Source: a virus. From it: a DNA stretch of 64,000 nt. Each line of letters opens with the position of its first letter. Positions within the stretch are counted from its first letter, which is position 1. Below are positions 50,318 through 58,570 of the stretch, in pieces. The notes beneath the pieces are model-generated. The model did not search any database. It worked only from the letters and a program-made list of their open reading frames with translations, and was not told the origin of the DNA. The DNA lies in IMG/VR virus record IMGVR_UViG_3300014720_002669. One strand, 5' to 3'. Both the position numbers and the translations under genes were made by a program.

Positions 50318-50692
50318 ATGGAACAGTTCAAATCGTGGGAAGACATGACAGATCTTGAGCAAGCCCAATGCACCTATTGGGACATGTACAAGGACGCTTA
50401 TGGCCATCGTCCCCGTGGTGTTGACACCAGTGCCTGGACTCTAGAAATGTTTGAACACGAATTCAAACATCTGGCAGTGATTATTGATCGCGAAGAAGCC
50501 GATCGTAGGCTCTCTGAGGCTCTGGCTGTCAAGAAGTTTGAACAGCATGTACTCAACACCATTTGCATGGGTGCTCGGGACCGCGAAACTGCCCTGAACT
50601 GGATCATGGATGCTAGCAACGCCAATGGCGACTGGGAGTATCTGTGTTGGGACCTGGGCTTGCCCTATCATTATTTTAGAAAGGTGGCATGA
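50318..50692 (+). CDS. hypothetical early protein
   Basis: GGAG RBS; YKDAYGHRPR. Confidence 0.75.
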   Translation: MEQFKSWEDMTDLEQAQCTYWDMYKDAYGHRPRGVDTSAWTLEMFEHEFKHLAVIIDREEADRRLSEALAVKKFEQHVLNTICMGARDRETALNWIMDASNANGDWEYLCWDLGLPYHYFRKVA

Positions 50693-50901
50693 TGAAATTC
50701 ACAGTTGAATGGAATGACCCAATGCATCGTTGGGACGTGGTGCGTTGGGCTACCAGTGCGGAAGGTGTATGGGCTGGTACCACAGTGGACCGATGTTCGG
50801 TGCTTGAGGATGCAGAAGAAATTTGTGCATATCACACAGACATGATGAACCCTGAATTGTGGGCAGATCATGAATGTGAATTTGATCGGGAGATAGCATG
50901 A
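50689..50901 (+). CDS. hypothetical protein
   Basis: Overlapping operon ORF. Confidence 0.6.
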   Translation: MMKFTVEWNDPMHRWDVVRWATSAEGVWAGTTVDRCSVLEDAEEICAYHTDMMNPELWADHECEFDREIA

Positions 50902-51317
50902 CCATGCCTGCTGGACGATACTACATTGGTGACCTGTGCTATGTCATGCACCCAGAATGGTCAGAGTGCTGTGACTTGTTTTTCCCACCTGGATCCTCGG
51001 GCCGTGGTGTAGATGGCGAGTTTGTGCTCAAGGACGGTCGACGCTTTGCCAACTTTGGTACAGCCTATGGCGATGGCACCTACCGTTCCAGTATTGGCAC
51101 TGCACACTCTGTGGACTCAGGCAGTATTGGTTGCATACTTGCGGAACACATTCGCGACACCAAGTACGACCCCACAACCATCCAACAACTGGGTGCATTT
51201 GTGGATTTTGCTGAACCTTTTGAAGTGTTGGAAGACACTGGTATGATTGTGTTTGGTCATGTCCGGATAGAAACCAACACCGACTATGATTGGGACCAAG
51301 AGGAGAGTGAACAATGA
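50898..51317 (+). CDS. hypothetical protein
   Basis: YYIGDLCYV, TAYGDG, VDSGSIG. Confidence 0.75.
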   Translation: MTMPAGRYYIGDLCYVMHPEWSECCDLFFPPGSSGRGVDGEFVLKDGRRFANFGTAYGDGTYRSSIGTAHSVDSGSIGCILAEHIRDTKYDPTTIQQLGAFVDFAEPFEVLEDTGMIVFGHVRIETNTDYDWDQEESEQ

Positions 51318-51598
51318 CCAAAGTTGTGATAAACACATGCCACGGTGGCTTTGGGCTCAGTGCCGCGGCTGAACGAAAATACCAGGAACTGGCTGGCATC
51401 GCAGACCCTGATTTTCACAGCCGCCTTATACCGCGAGATGATCAGCATCTAATTGCTGTGGTCGAACTCATGGGTGCGGCAGCCGACGGCGGTTATGCCG
51501 AGTTGAAGATTGTGGACGTGCCCGACGATGTCAATTGGTATATCGAGGAATATGATGGTCGAGAATGGGTGGCCGAACGTCACCGAACCTGGGAGTAA
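51314..51598 (+). CDS. hypothetical protein
   Basis: VVINTCHGGFGLS, IEEYDGREW. Confidence 0.75.
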   Translation: MTKVVINTCHGGFGLSAAAERKYQELAGIADPDFHSRLIPRDDQHLIAVVELMGAAADGGYAELKIVDVPDDVNWYIEEYDGREWVAERHRTWE

Positions 51599-51601
51599 AT
51601 C

Positions 51602-51850
51602 ATGGCAACTGAACCTGATGACATGGACATGCCTGAATGGAGTGATGACTTGGTGGTCAAGTCAGTGCCGGCACAGGACCTGCACCAGGGTCCAGCCACA
51701 GTCAAACCCTTGAATCGCAGTTGGGCTCAACAACATGGTCCGCAACCCCCAGGACCTGGTCTGCGAGCCTTGGATTTCTTAATCTTGGCCATGTTTGCTG
51801 TATCTGTGTTATTGTTTATCAAAGCATGCGCCTGGGCATTGTTCAGTTAG
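51602..51850 (+). CDS. hypothetical protein with a C-terminal TM helix
   Basis: Hydrophobic C-terminus. Confidence 0.6.
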   Translation: MATEPDDMDMPEWSDDLVVKSVPAQDLHQGPATVKPLNRSWAQQHGPQPPGPGLRALDFLILAMFAVSVLLFIKACAWALFS

Positions 51851-51899
51851 GCAAAATTGCTCTAGTTAGGTCCCGGGGCAGAGGCGTTGTATATAGTAC

Positions 51900-52037
51900 A
51901 TGAAACGAAAACTTGTCAACCAAGTACGCGAACTGCTAGAACGCAATCTCAGCACTGCCGAAATAGCACACAGAATGGGCATTGACATAGACTTGGTCAA
52001 GATGGCCACCAATCTCATCAATCAATTGCTGACTTAG
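51900..52037 (+). CDS. small HTH-like protein (45 aa, MKRKLVNQVRELLERNLSTAEIAHRMG...)
   Basis: Read from the sequence; STAEIAHRMGI resembles an HTH. Confidence 0.55.
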   Translation: MKRKLVNQVRELLERNLSTAEIAHRMGIDIDLVKMATNLINQLLT

Positions 52038-52057
52038 CTGTTGCATAAGTAATTGCA

Positions 52058-54100
52058 ATGTCAATTACTGATTCCAAAAAAATAATACCCATACAAACCA
52101 CACAATATCCGACAGTGTCTCCGGTTGCGGTCAGCGACGACACGCATGTAAAACTTTCTGAAATGTTTGTGGCTGCACAAAAAAGCCCAACTGAAAGTCG
52201 CAAGCAAAAAAATCTCACTGAAGTTGCAATACATCACGAAACAATTAGATCAAATCGTGTGGCCCTGATTGTCATGCCTGAATGGAGCACTATTTCACCA
52301 CCATATGGCATTGCTAGAATGGCAGCACTGAGCAAGCATGCAGGCTTTGCTACCAAAACATGGGATATAAATGCTGTTTGCAAAAAACAAGCGTCCGCAG
52401 AGTTGCTGCAGTATTGTAGCAGTTATGAAGATTGGAAATGGCAAGACCCTCATTACAGCAAAATATTGCACCCCATGCTTGAGCCAATGCTGTTGCCATA
52501 CATAGATGAGATTTTGTCTTGGCAGCCCACTGTATTGGGATTCAGTTGCTGGTACACCAATGATGCATGCACCATGTGGATGATTGAACAATTCAAATGT
52601 CGATCACCGGATTTAAAAATCATCATTGGTGGCCCCAATATCACGCAAATGAACAACAATGGCAGTGTTGGCTCTGATGGTGGCAGACCCCACAACCCTG
52701 CAATCGATCATTATGTGTCTGGCGAAGGGGAGATGTTGTGGTTACAGGTGTTGGAAAACATAGAAAACCCCACAGAAGATTTGCCAAAATTTTTAGTTCA
52801 AAGCAAAGATGCACGTATAGATCTAGACAGTATGCCACCGGCTGACTACAGTGACTTTGATATTTCGTTGTATGATTCTCGCGGCATCACCAGTGAGTTC
52901 AGCCGAGGTTGCATTGCCAACTGTGTGTACTGCAATGAAACAGTGTTCTGGAAATATCGTGCCAGGCAAGGATCTCGTGTGTTGGAAGAAATTGAAATTG
53001 CCTATCGCAATCAACACATACAAAGTGTAACGTTCATAGACAGTTTGTTGAACGGAAATCTTCGCGAGCTACGAGCATTTGCCGAAGGGTTAATGGAACA
53101 AAACATACGCATCAATTGGAGTGGGTACAGTCGAATTGATGGCAAGATGGATCGAGACTTTTGGGCATTGTTGAAACGATCAGGTGCCACGGGGTTTGCG
53201 TTTGGAGTAGAATCTGGATCACAGCGAGTGCTGGACTTGATGAAAAAGAACTGTCGAGTAGAATGGATAGAACAAAATTTCAACGACATGGCTGAAATTG
53301 ATTTTTGCAATCAATTTGCCACTTGGTTCACTGGTTTCCCTGGGGAAGAACTAACTGATGTTGCACAAACACAAACCTTGATGTGGCGACTGCGAAACTC
53401 AGGCATGGGAGCTCAAAGTGCTGGCACCTGCGGACTGGGACATAACACACCCTTGGATTTGGAACGAGAACGATTTGGTGTGAGACGCATTGACTGGACC
53501 CACGGATGGGCCACACAGGACCTGCGCAACACTGTGTTTCACAGATTCGTAAGATTCAAACTTACCAATATACTGCTGGAACAATTTAGATTGCACAGTA
53601 CCAAAAGATCATACCGTCCGCATTGTCAAGAACCTGATTTAAAGAACCAATATCAAATTGAATCAGACCCTGCAAATTGGGCAGACTCAATTCCTTGGGA
53701 AAAAGAATTTGATTACGAGATCATCAAAGTGGATATCAATCCCATGGCCAATAGTTTGATCAACGAAATCTGGCCCTTGTTGCGAGTGTTTTGGCTGGCC
53801 ATGGGTGCTTACCGGTTCCGTGTGGAGTTTGATCCAGACCGAGATCTTAGAGAATTTGGCACAAGGCGCTATCCAAAATATCCCGATCATTGGGCAGCAG
53901 GAACAAAATTTGAATTTCGTGCTGTGTACAATTTTGAAATCAATGATCAGGGTGTGTGGAATGCAGATTTTGATATCAGCTTGCAAGGCGAAGCCTATGA
54001 TGACAACCCAGCTGCCAATCATCACAATCAGGGTCGATCATTGAACTTTGATTTCAAATGGGTTCATACAGATGTTTGGACCAGACCAATAACCACTTGA
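52058..54100 (+). CDS. B12-binding radical SAM enzyme
   Basis: IIGGP, GEGE, SRGCIANCVYC, GVESGS, GFPGE. Confidence 0.9.
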   Translation: MSITDSKKIIPIQTTQYPTVSPVAVSDDTHVKLSEMFVAAQKSPTESRKQKNLTEVAIHHETIRSNRVALIVMPEWSTISPPYGIARMAALSKHAGFATKTWDINAVCKKQASAELLQYCSSYEDWKWQDPHYSKILHPMLEPMLLPYIDEILSWQPTVLGFSCWYTNDACTMWMIEQFKCRSPDLKIIIGGPNITQMNNNGSVGSDGGRPHNPAIDHYVSGEGEMLWLQVLENIENPTEDLPKFLVQSKDARIDLDSMPPADYSDFDISLYDSRGITSEFSRGCIANCVYCNETVFWKYRARQGSRVLEEIEIAYRNQHIQSVTFIDSLLNGNLRELRAFAEGLMEQNIRINWSGYSRIDGKMDRDFWALLKRSGATGFAFGVESGSQRVLDLMKKNCRVEWIEQNFNDMAEIDFCNQFATWFTGFPGEELTDVAQTQTLMWRLRNSGMGAQSAGTCGLGHNTPLDLERERFGVRRIDWTHGWATQDLRNTVFHRFVRFKLTNILLEQFRLHSTKRSYRPHCQEPDLKNQYQIESDPANWADSIPWEKEFDYEIIKVDINPMANSLINEIWPLLRVFWLAMGAYRFRVEFDPDRDLREFGTRRYPKYPDHWAAGTKFEFRAVYNFEINDQGVWNADFDISLQGEAYDDNPAANHHNQGRSLNFDFKWVHTDVWTRPITT

Positions 54101-54253
54101 CTTGGTATAGAATCGAAAGATTTATATGTAGAGGTAAAAGGATATGAGACCGAAAGAGATAGATCAAAATGGTTGCAATTTCCTGAAAAATTGTGTATAA
54201 TTAAAGAGAAAGAAATAAGGCAAATTCGAGAAGGTTGTTTTGTGGGACTTTAG
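54101..54253 (+). pseudogene. C-terminal remnant of a PD-(D/E)XK endonuclease
   Basis: Start-less frame ..DLYVEVKGYETERDRSKW..; AT-rich; stop lies inside the tRNA. Confidence 0.6.
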
Positions 54254-54315
54254 CATAGCGGTAGTGCCGAGAACTCATAATTCTTACGGGACTGGTTCGA
54301 ATCCAGTAGGTCCCA
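54244..54315 (+). tRNA. tRNA-Ile2 or Met (CAT), no encoded CCA
   Basis: GGGACTT/AGGTCCC; loop CT CAT AA; TTCGAAT. Confidence 0.85.
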
Positions 54316-54340
54316 CAAAACAACTTTACGTTTCAATTCA

Positions 54341-54415
54341 CTGGCGTTAGTATAATGGATAATACAGCGGATTTCTACTCCGCGAATGTGGGTTCGATTC
54401 CTGCACGCCGGACCA
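54341..54415 (+). tRNA. tRNA-Arg(TCT)
   Basis: GCGGA tt TCT ac TCCGC; CCA. Confidence 0.9.
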
Positions 54416-54428
54416 GTAAATACAAAGT

Positions 54429-54512
54429 GCGGGTGTGGTGGAACTGGCAGACACACCTGGTTTAAGCCCAGACGCCGTTGGCGTGAGAGTTCGAATCTCT
54501 CCACCCGCACCA
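54429..54512 (+). tRNA. tRNA-Leu(TAA)
   Basis: Long variable arm; CCA. Confidence 0.9.
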
Positions 54513-54523
54513 AAGGAACTGCA

Positions 54524-54997
54524 ATGAACGATCCCAAGATTGAACCACACCATGACAGTGAAGGCACCCACGATGACTTCTTTGATGACATCAGAGGCCA
54601 GTGGGCCCGAGCAGAGGCTGAACGCAAGCAGACTGATGAGTTCCGAGTCAACAACATGGAATATGACATGAGCCAGGCCGACTGGTTCTTGAGTAAAGTG
54701 CGTGGCAGTGAAAACTATGCGCAGCACTTGTACGCTGCCTTGTGTAACAATCAGTTTCAAAAGCAAGATGTTTGGTTGGTGTTGAAGGATCAACACTGGA
54801 GTTGTTCATGGCGTTATGCTGGTGGTGTGGTGGCAGACTTTCAAGGCCAAGGCGGCAACTACATGGATTGGTACTGCTCGGGCATTGGTCCCAAAGACGA
54901 CACTGAGTTTGTGGGCGAAGGCACGGTCACTGACGAAATAGCCGCAGATTTGGCTCTGGTGGGCTGGCGTGTGATTGAAGAGCCCGACAGCGAGTGA
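54524..54997 (+). CDS. hypothetical protein
   Basis: AAGGA RBS; YAALCNN, WSCSWR..GG, YMDWYCSG. Confidence 0.75.
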   Translation: MNDPKIEPHHDSEGTHDDFFDDIRGQWARAEAERKQTDEFRVNNMEYDMSQADWFLSKVRGSENYAQHLYAALCNNQFQKQDVWLVLKDQHWSCSWRYAGGVVADFQGQGGNYMDWYCSGIGPKDDTEFVGEGTVTDEIAADLALVGWRVIEEPDSE

Positions 54998-55010
54998 GAG
55001 TAAATACTGT

Positions 55011-55631
55011 ATGCAAAAATATTTTCAATCAACTCCAGACTGGTTGTATCACTCTCCGGCACTGGACGTCGATGCGTTAGCAGCAATACAAAAAGAATTG
55101 ATCAAGCTGTCAATTCATACCAAAGCTGATATGTTGGTTCCTTATACCAGCACTTTTGTAGCATATGGCATGCTTCCACTTGAAAGAAAAAATATATTTG
55201 ACCGATGTCCTGTATTGATTCAAGAGCTACAGCGTTTGAAATTGCTTGATAGTTTTTATTGGATAGGATTTGTTTCTGTGGACGCCAGCAAAGAATTTCC
55301 GCCACACATTGATACCTTGGATGTGGGTTTAAACATCCCTTTGCACAACTGCGACAACACCTACACTGTATGGTACGATGCCAAGATATTGGATCAACCA
55401 TTCCCAGATCATGTGATAGGAACAGAAGTGGTCAAAGCTGCTAGAATAGTGGACAAAAAGAATGCTGTGGAAATTGATCGAGTCGAAGCCAATCGGCCGT
55501 TGTGGCTCAATACCAACGTGGCTCACAGGCCCGAAACACATCATGACAAATTGAGAATGGCTGCCAGTATCAGATTTTATCCCGAGCCCATCAACGAAAA
55601 AGGTGAACTGTGGCCACATTTGGTTAAATAA
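55011..55631 (+). CDS. cupin / 2OG-Fe(II)-like protein
   Basis: PPHID, LNIPL, NTNVAH, R..ASIRF. Confidence 0.5.
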   Translation: MQKYFQSTPDWLYHSPALDVDALAAIQKELIKLSIHTKADMLVPYTSTFVAYGMLPLERKNIFDRCPVLIQELQRLKLLDSFYWIGFVSVDASKEFPPHIDTLDVGLNIPLHNCDNTYTVWYDAKILDQPFPDHVIGTEVVKAARIVDKKNAVEIDRVEANRPLWLNTNVAHRPETHHDKLRMAASIRFYPEPINEKGELWPHLVK

Positions 55632-55725
55632 AAGTTATTGCTGTATGAAGTGAAGAGAAAAGTGTTGTTTGAAAATGTTGAGGAGTAGATATGTTTGGTA
55701 TTGCAAAAACTGGAGGATGGATATA

Positions 55726-56109
55726 ATGCGTAAATTATTATTTGGTTTGATATTAATATCTGGTTCTGTACTAGCACAAGATGTGTATGTGGTCAGCATC
55801 CAGCCCAGATACGTCACTGTACAACAGCAACAATGCCGTACTGTTGAGGTGTATCAAGACAACAGCAATGTGGGCACTGTGATTGGTGCTCTGGCTGGTG
55901 GGGTTATTGGACATCACATGGGGTCGGGCAATGTAGGCACCATACTGGGCACTGGCATAGGTGCCACAGTTGGCAACAAGGTCGGTCGAGACCAAGGCAC
56001 AGTGGTCAACAAACAAGTTTGTGACACAGTGCCAGTCACTGTACAACAAGGTGAAACTGTTACCTTCAACTATCGAGGACGAGTGTTCACACAAGTTTTT
56101 GGTAATTAA
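55726..56109 (+). CDS. secreted glycine-zipper 2TM protein (YcfJ-like)
   Basis: Signal peptide; GTVIGALAGGVIGHHMGSG. Confidence 0.8.
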   Translation: MRKLLFGLILISGSVLAQDVYVVSIQPRYVTVQQQQCRTVEVYQDNSNVGTVIGALAGGVIGHHMGSGNVGTILGTGIGATVGNKVGRDQGTVVNKQVCDTVPVTVQQGETVTFNYRGRVFTQVFGN

Positions 56110-56174
56110 AGTTATTGCTGTCTAAAGCTATTGACATTTTTGTTGAAATAAAATACAATAAATATTGTATCATC

Positions 56175-56440
56175 GTATGAAGTGATAAGAAAGGTGTTCA
56201 AGACGCGAGTTCGAATCTCGCCACCTCCGGAGAGCATTTATAAAAGTGTTTTGCGGTGGGGGTGATATTGGAAATCGATTGGGCAATCAGTATTTGACCA
56301 GACGATGCGGCAAGGTAGAAGCCGTTAGGGCAGGGGATTCCCGGCCGAAGAAGCAAAACAAGTATCTGCTAACGACGATACATATCTTTTGGCCGCCAAC
56401 GGTTGAAAGCGGGGCAGTTATGCCTTGTCACCCAAAATAG
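56175..56440 (+). ncRNA. ssrA: circularly permuted (two-piece) tmRNA; outer ends approximate
   Basis: T-arm and CACCTCC (56205-56228) precede GGGGGTG (56258-56264) with G3-U70; hairpin intervening segment; tag ANDDTYLLAANG* at 56368-56406. Confidence 0.85.
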
Positions 56441-56441
56441 C

Positions 56442-56468
56442 AATAGGCTCTTCGGAGCCTATTTTCTT
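56442..56468 (+). terminator. intrinsic terminator after the tmRNA
   Basis: AATAGGCTC TTCG GAGCCTATT TTCTT. Confidence 0.85.
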
Positions 56469-56481
56469 GATAAGTATTCGA

Positions 56482-57078
56482 ATGATAGTTTACATACATG
56501 GTGCGAGTGCCACAGCAGAAAGTTTTACACACATTAGACAGTTTGTGCGGGATCATGTGGAAGAACCTGACATTGCCTTGGAGTACAACAGCGAAGCAGG
56601 ATTTGACAACAACTTGGCAGAGATGCAGGGCCAATTGGATGATCAGGATCGACTGTTCTTTGTGAGCCACAGTCTGGGTGGTATCTATGCCTTGCACTTG
56701 GCCGATCACTATCGTGACCGAACAGTAGGCGGTGTGAGCCTGAGCACACCTTATGGTGGCAGCAAGCAAGCAGACTATGCACGTTACTTCTTGCCGTTCA
56801 ATAGGCTGATGAAGGATATTGGTCCTGCAAGTCGCCCCATGGCAGATGCCAAAAAACTACCGGCACCCCCAAACTGGACACAGGTTGTTACCACACGTGG
56901 TGCCAGTCCTTGGATACAAGAACCCAATGATGGTGTTGTCACAATAGAGAGCCAGCAGTATCGGCAAGACTTTGAGCAAGTGGAACTACCACTAAACCAC
57001 TACGAAGTGGTGATCAGCAACAGTGTGGTGGCGATTATTCTTGACCGAATTGGTCGTGTGATTGCTCAAAGAGGCTAG
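56482..57078 (+). CDS. alpha/beta hydrolase
   Basis: YIHGA, SHSLGG, STPYGGS, NDGVV, NH. Confidence 0.85.
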   Translation: MIVYIHGASATAESFTHIRQFVRDHVEEPDIALEYNSEAGFDNNLAEMQGQLDDQDRLFFVSHSLGGIYALHLADHYRDRTVGGVSLSTPYGGSKQADYARYFLPFNRLMKDIGPASRPMADAKKLPAPPNWTQVVTTRGASPWIQEPNDGVVTIESQQYRQDFEQVELPLNHYEVVISNSVVAIILDRIGRVIAQRG

Positions 57079-57085
57079 ATTTTTG

Positions 57086-57114
57086 TTGACTTTTATATCA
57101 ACGGCATATATAAT
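57086..57114 (+). promoter_or_regulatory. sigma70 promoter for leader 1
   Basis: TTGACT-17-TATAAT. Confidence 0.85.
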
Positions 57115-57119
57115 ACATT

Positions 57120-57218
57120 ATGATTAAGCCGAACGCCCAACTGTCCATCGAGATACCCTCACACGATTATCGTGAGGCGCTGGCCTATACCTTACTCAGC
57201 GGGAGCAGTGGTACCTAA
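57120..57218 (+). CDS. putative attenuator leader peptide 1 (32 aa, MIKPNAQLSIEIPSHDYREALAYTLLSGSSGT)
   Basis: ATG at the predicted transcription start; 3' end contains TCAGCGGG complementary to the terminator 5' arm. Confidence 0.6.
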   Translation: MIKPNAQLSIEIPSHDYREALAYTLLSGSSGT

Positions 57219-57238
57219 TACCTAAGTACTATTTAAGC

Positions 57239-57271
57239 AAAAACCCGCTGATTTGGCGGGTTTTTCTTTTT
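57239..57271 (+). terminator. intrinsic terminator / attenuator 1
   Basis: AAAAACCCGC tgatttg GCGGGTTTTT CTTTTT. Confidence 0.85.
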
Positions 57272-57275
57272 CGGC

Positions 57276-57304
57276 TAGACCAATAATGGCACAGATGCTA
57301 CAAT
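57276..57304 (+). promoter_or_regulatory. second sigma70-type promoter
   Basis: TAGACC-17-TACAAT; spacer begins AATAAT as in the 50259 promoter. Confidence 0.6.
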
Positions 57305-57397
57305 AGACACAAGTTAGAAAAAACAGCACAGTCGATTGAGACTAGCTGAGGTTCATTAAAAAGATATCTTTCATATAGCCCTGTGCAAGTCGCAGGG

Positions 57398-57630
57398 TAC
57401 TATATGAAAACACATTGGGTTACCAACTCCGGTAGGTTGCCTGACACAGAACTATTTCCTAGTGACGGCTAGGCTGTGTCAGGCGTACACGAAAGCAGAC
57501 TCGCAAGAGCCTAGCACGCCGGACCCAGTTGGCCTGTAATGTGGTTGATAGACAAGTCCGTGGACGGCACGGTAGGGCAGGTTCAAAACTGCGCTCTCTA
57601 TCAAACATCCCAATGTAGTTTCATATAGTA
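57398..57630 (+). ncRNA. stem-bracketed structured RNA
   Basis: About 22-nt terminal inverted repeat; internal GCCTGACACAG/CTGTGTCAGGC and other hairpins. Confidence 0.6.
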
Positions 57631-57634
57631 ATTT

Positions 57635-57709
57635 GCACGATTCGTCTATCGGTTAGGACGCTGCCCTTTCAAGGCGGAAAGACGAGTTCGATTCTCGTAT
57701 CGTGTACCA
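57635..57709 (+). tRNA. tRNA-Glu(TTC)
   Basis: Cloverleaf; CCA. Confidence 0.9.
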
Positions 57710-57731
57710 AGTTTGTTCAACAGGAGTCAGT

Positions 57732-58079
57732 ATGCAATATTCAGTTTGGCGCATAGATCTGTATGAAGATGAGCGATTGGAAGTAATATCCCGTCATTGC
57801 TATCATCATTGGGTGAATGAAATACGCCCTCAAAGCAAATGCTTGCCTGACGATGATGAATTGGAAGAATTTGAACGTTGGCAGTACGAAACATGGGGTG
57901 CCTTGAAACAGCCCGGATTGAATCCCAATTCAGCCCACGGTTTGGTGGATGACCGCTGGATGGACTTTCCTTCAGAAACAGCGGCTGACAAATTTTTTGA
58001 TTTCTATCGCGACAAAGAGTGGGATCATTGGGCAGAAAAAAACAACAGACGTGACCGTATGTTTGTTTGTTCTCGGTAA
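57732..58079 (+). CDS. hypothetical protein within the tRNA array
   Basis: AGGAG RBS; MQYSVW start. Confidence 0.7.
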   Translation: MQYSVWRIDLYEDERLEVISRHCYHHWVNEIRPQSKCLPDDDELEEFERWQYETWGALKQPGLNPNSAHGLVDDRWMDFPSETAADKFFDFYRDKEWDHWAEKNNRRDRMFVCSR

Positions 58080-58161
58080 AGTTTTTGTAAGAGCATATCG
58101 CCTGAGCACTTCTCCCAGCAATGGGACACTAGGTTCTGCAACCTTGCTCTTACCCCTTTTT

Positions 58162-58247
58162 GGAGACGTGGCAGAGTGGTTGATTGCACGAGACTGTAAA
58201 TCTCGCCCCTAAAAAGCGCGGTGGTTCGAATCCATCCGTCTCCACCA
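58162..58247 (+). tRNA. tRNA-Tyr(GTA)
   Basis: Cloverleaf with variable arm; CCA. Confidence 0.9.
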
Positions 58248-58251
58248 TATG

Positions 58252-58404
58252 TTCTTATAGTCAAGCATCGATAAGGTATCGTGACAGGACGCTGTCACTA
58301 TTCGGGTCCAAGCGGCCGGCGACGGATCCTGACACAACTGCATCGGCTTTGACTGGGAAGCACCCAACGTCTAAATTTGCGTTCTCGGTGCTTGACTATA
58401 AGAA
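58252..58404 (+). ncRNA. stem-bracketed structured RNA between tRNA-Tyr and tRNA-Asp
   Basis: TTCTTATAGTCAAGCATCGA / TCGGTGCTTGACTATAAGAA; internal GTGACAG/CTGTCAC. Confidence 0.6.
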
Positions 58405-58406
58405 TT

Positions 58407-58481
58407 GGTCTCAAAGTGTTCATGGACGCACGTATGCCTGTCACGCATAAAGAAGGGGATCGTTACCCCTTGAGACCGCCA
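58407..58481 (+). tRNA. tRNA-Asp(GTC)
   Basis: Cloverleaf; atypical T-loop ATCGTTA. Confidence 0.85.
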
Positions 58482-58489
58482 GATTTTTT

Positions 58490-58566
58490 GCCCCGGTGAC
58501 GGAATTGGTATACGTGTTGGTTTTAGAAGCCAAATTTTAGGAGTTCGAGTCTCCTCTGGGGCACCA
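58490..58566 (+). tRNA. tRNA-Leu(TAG), short variable region
   Basis: TTGGT tt TAG aa GCCAA. Confidence 0.85.
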
Positions 58567-58570
58567 AGTT

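Noticed and set aside
54341-54415. Possible amber suppressor tRNA (CTA visible in the loop)
   Set aside because: With the 5-bp GCGGA/TCCGC stem the loop is TT-TCT-AC, so the anticodon is TCT (Arg). Genes end normally at TAG, TGA and TAA, with no sign of recoding.
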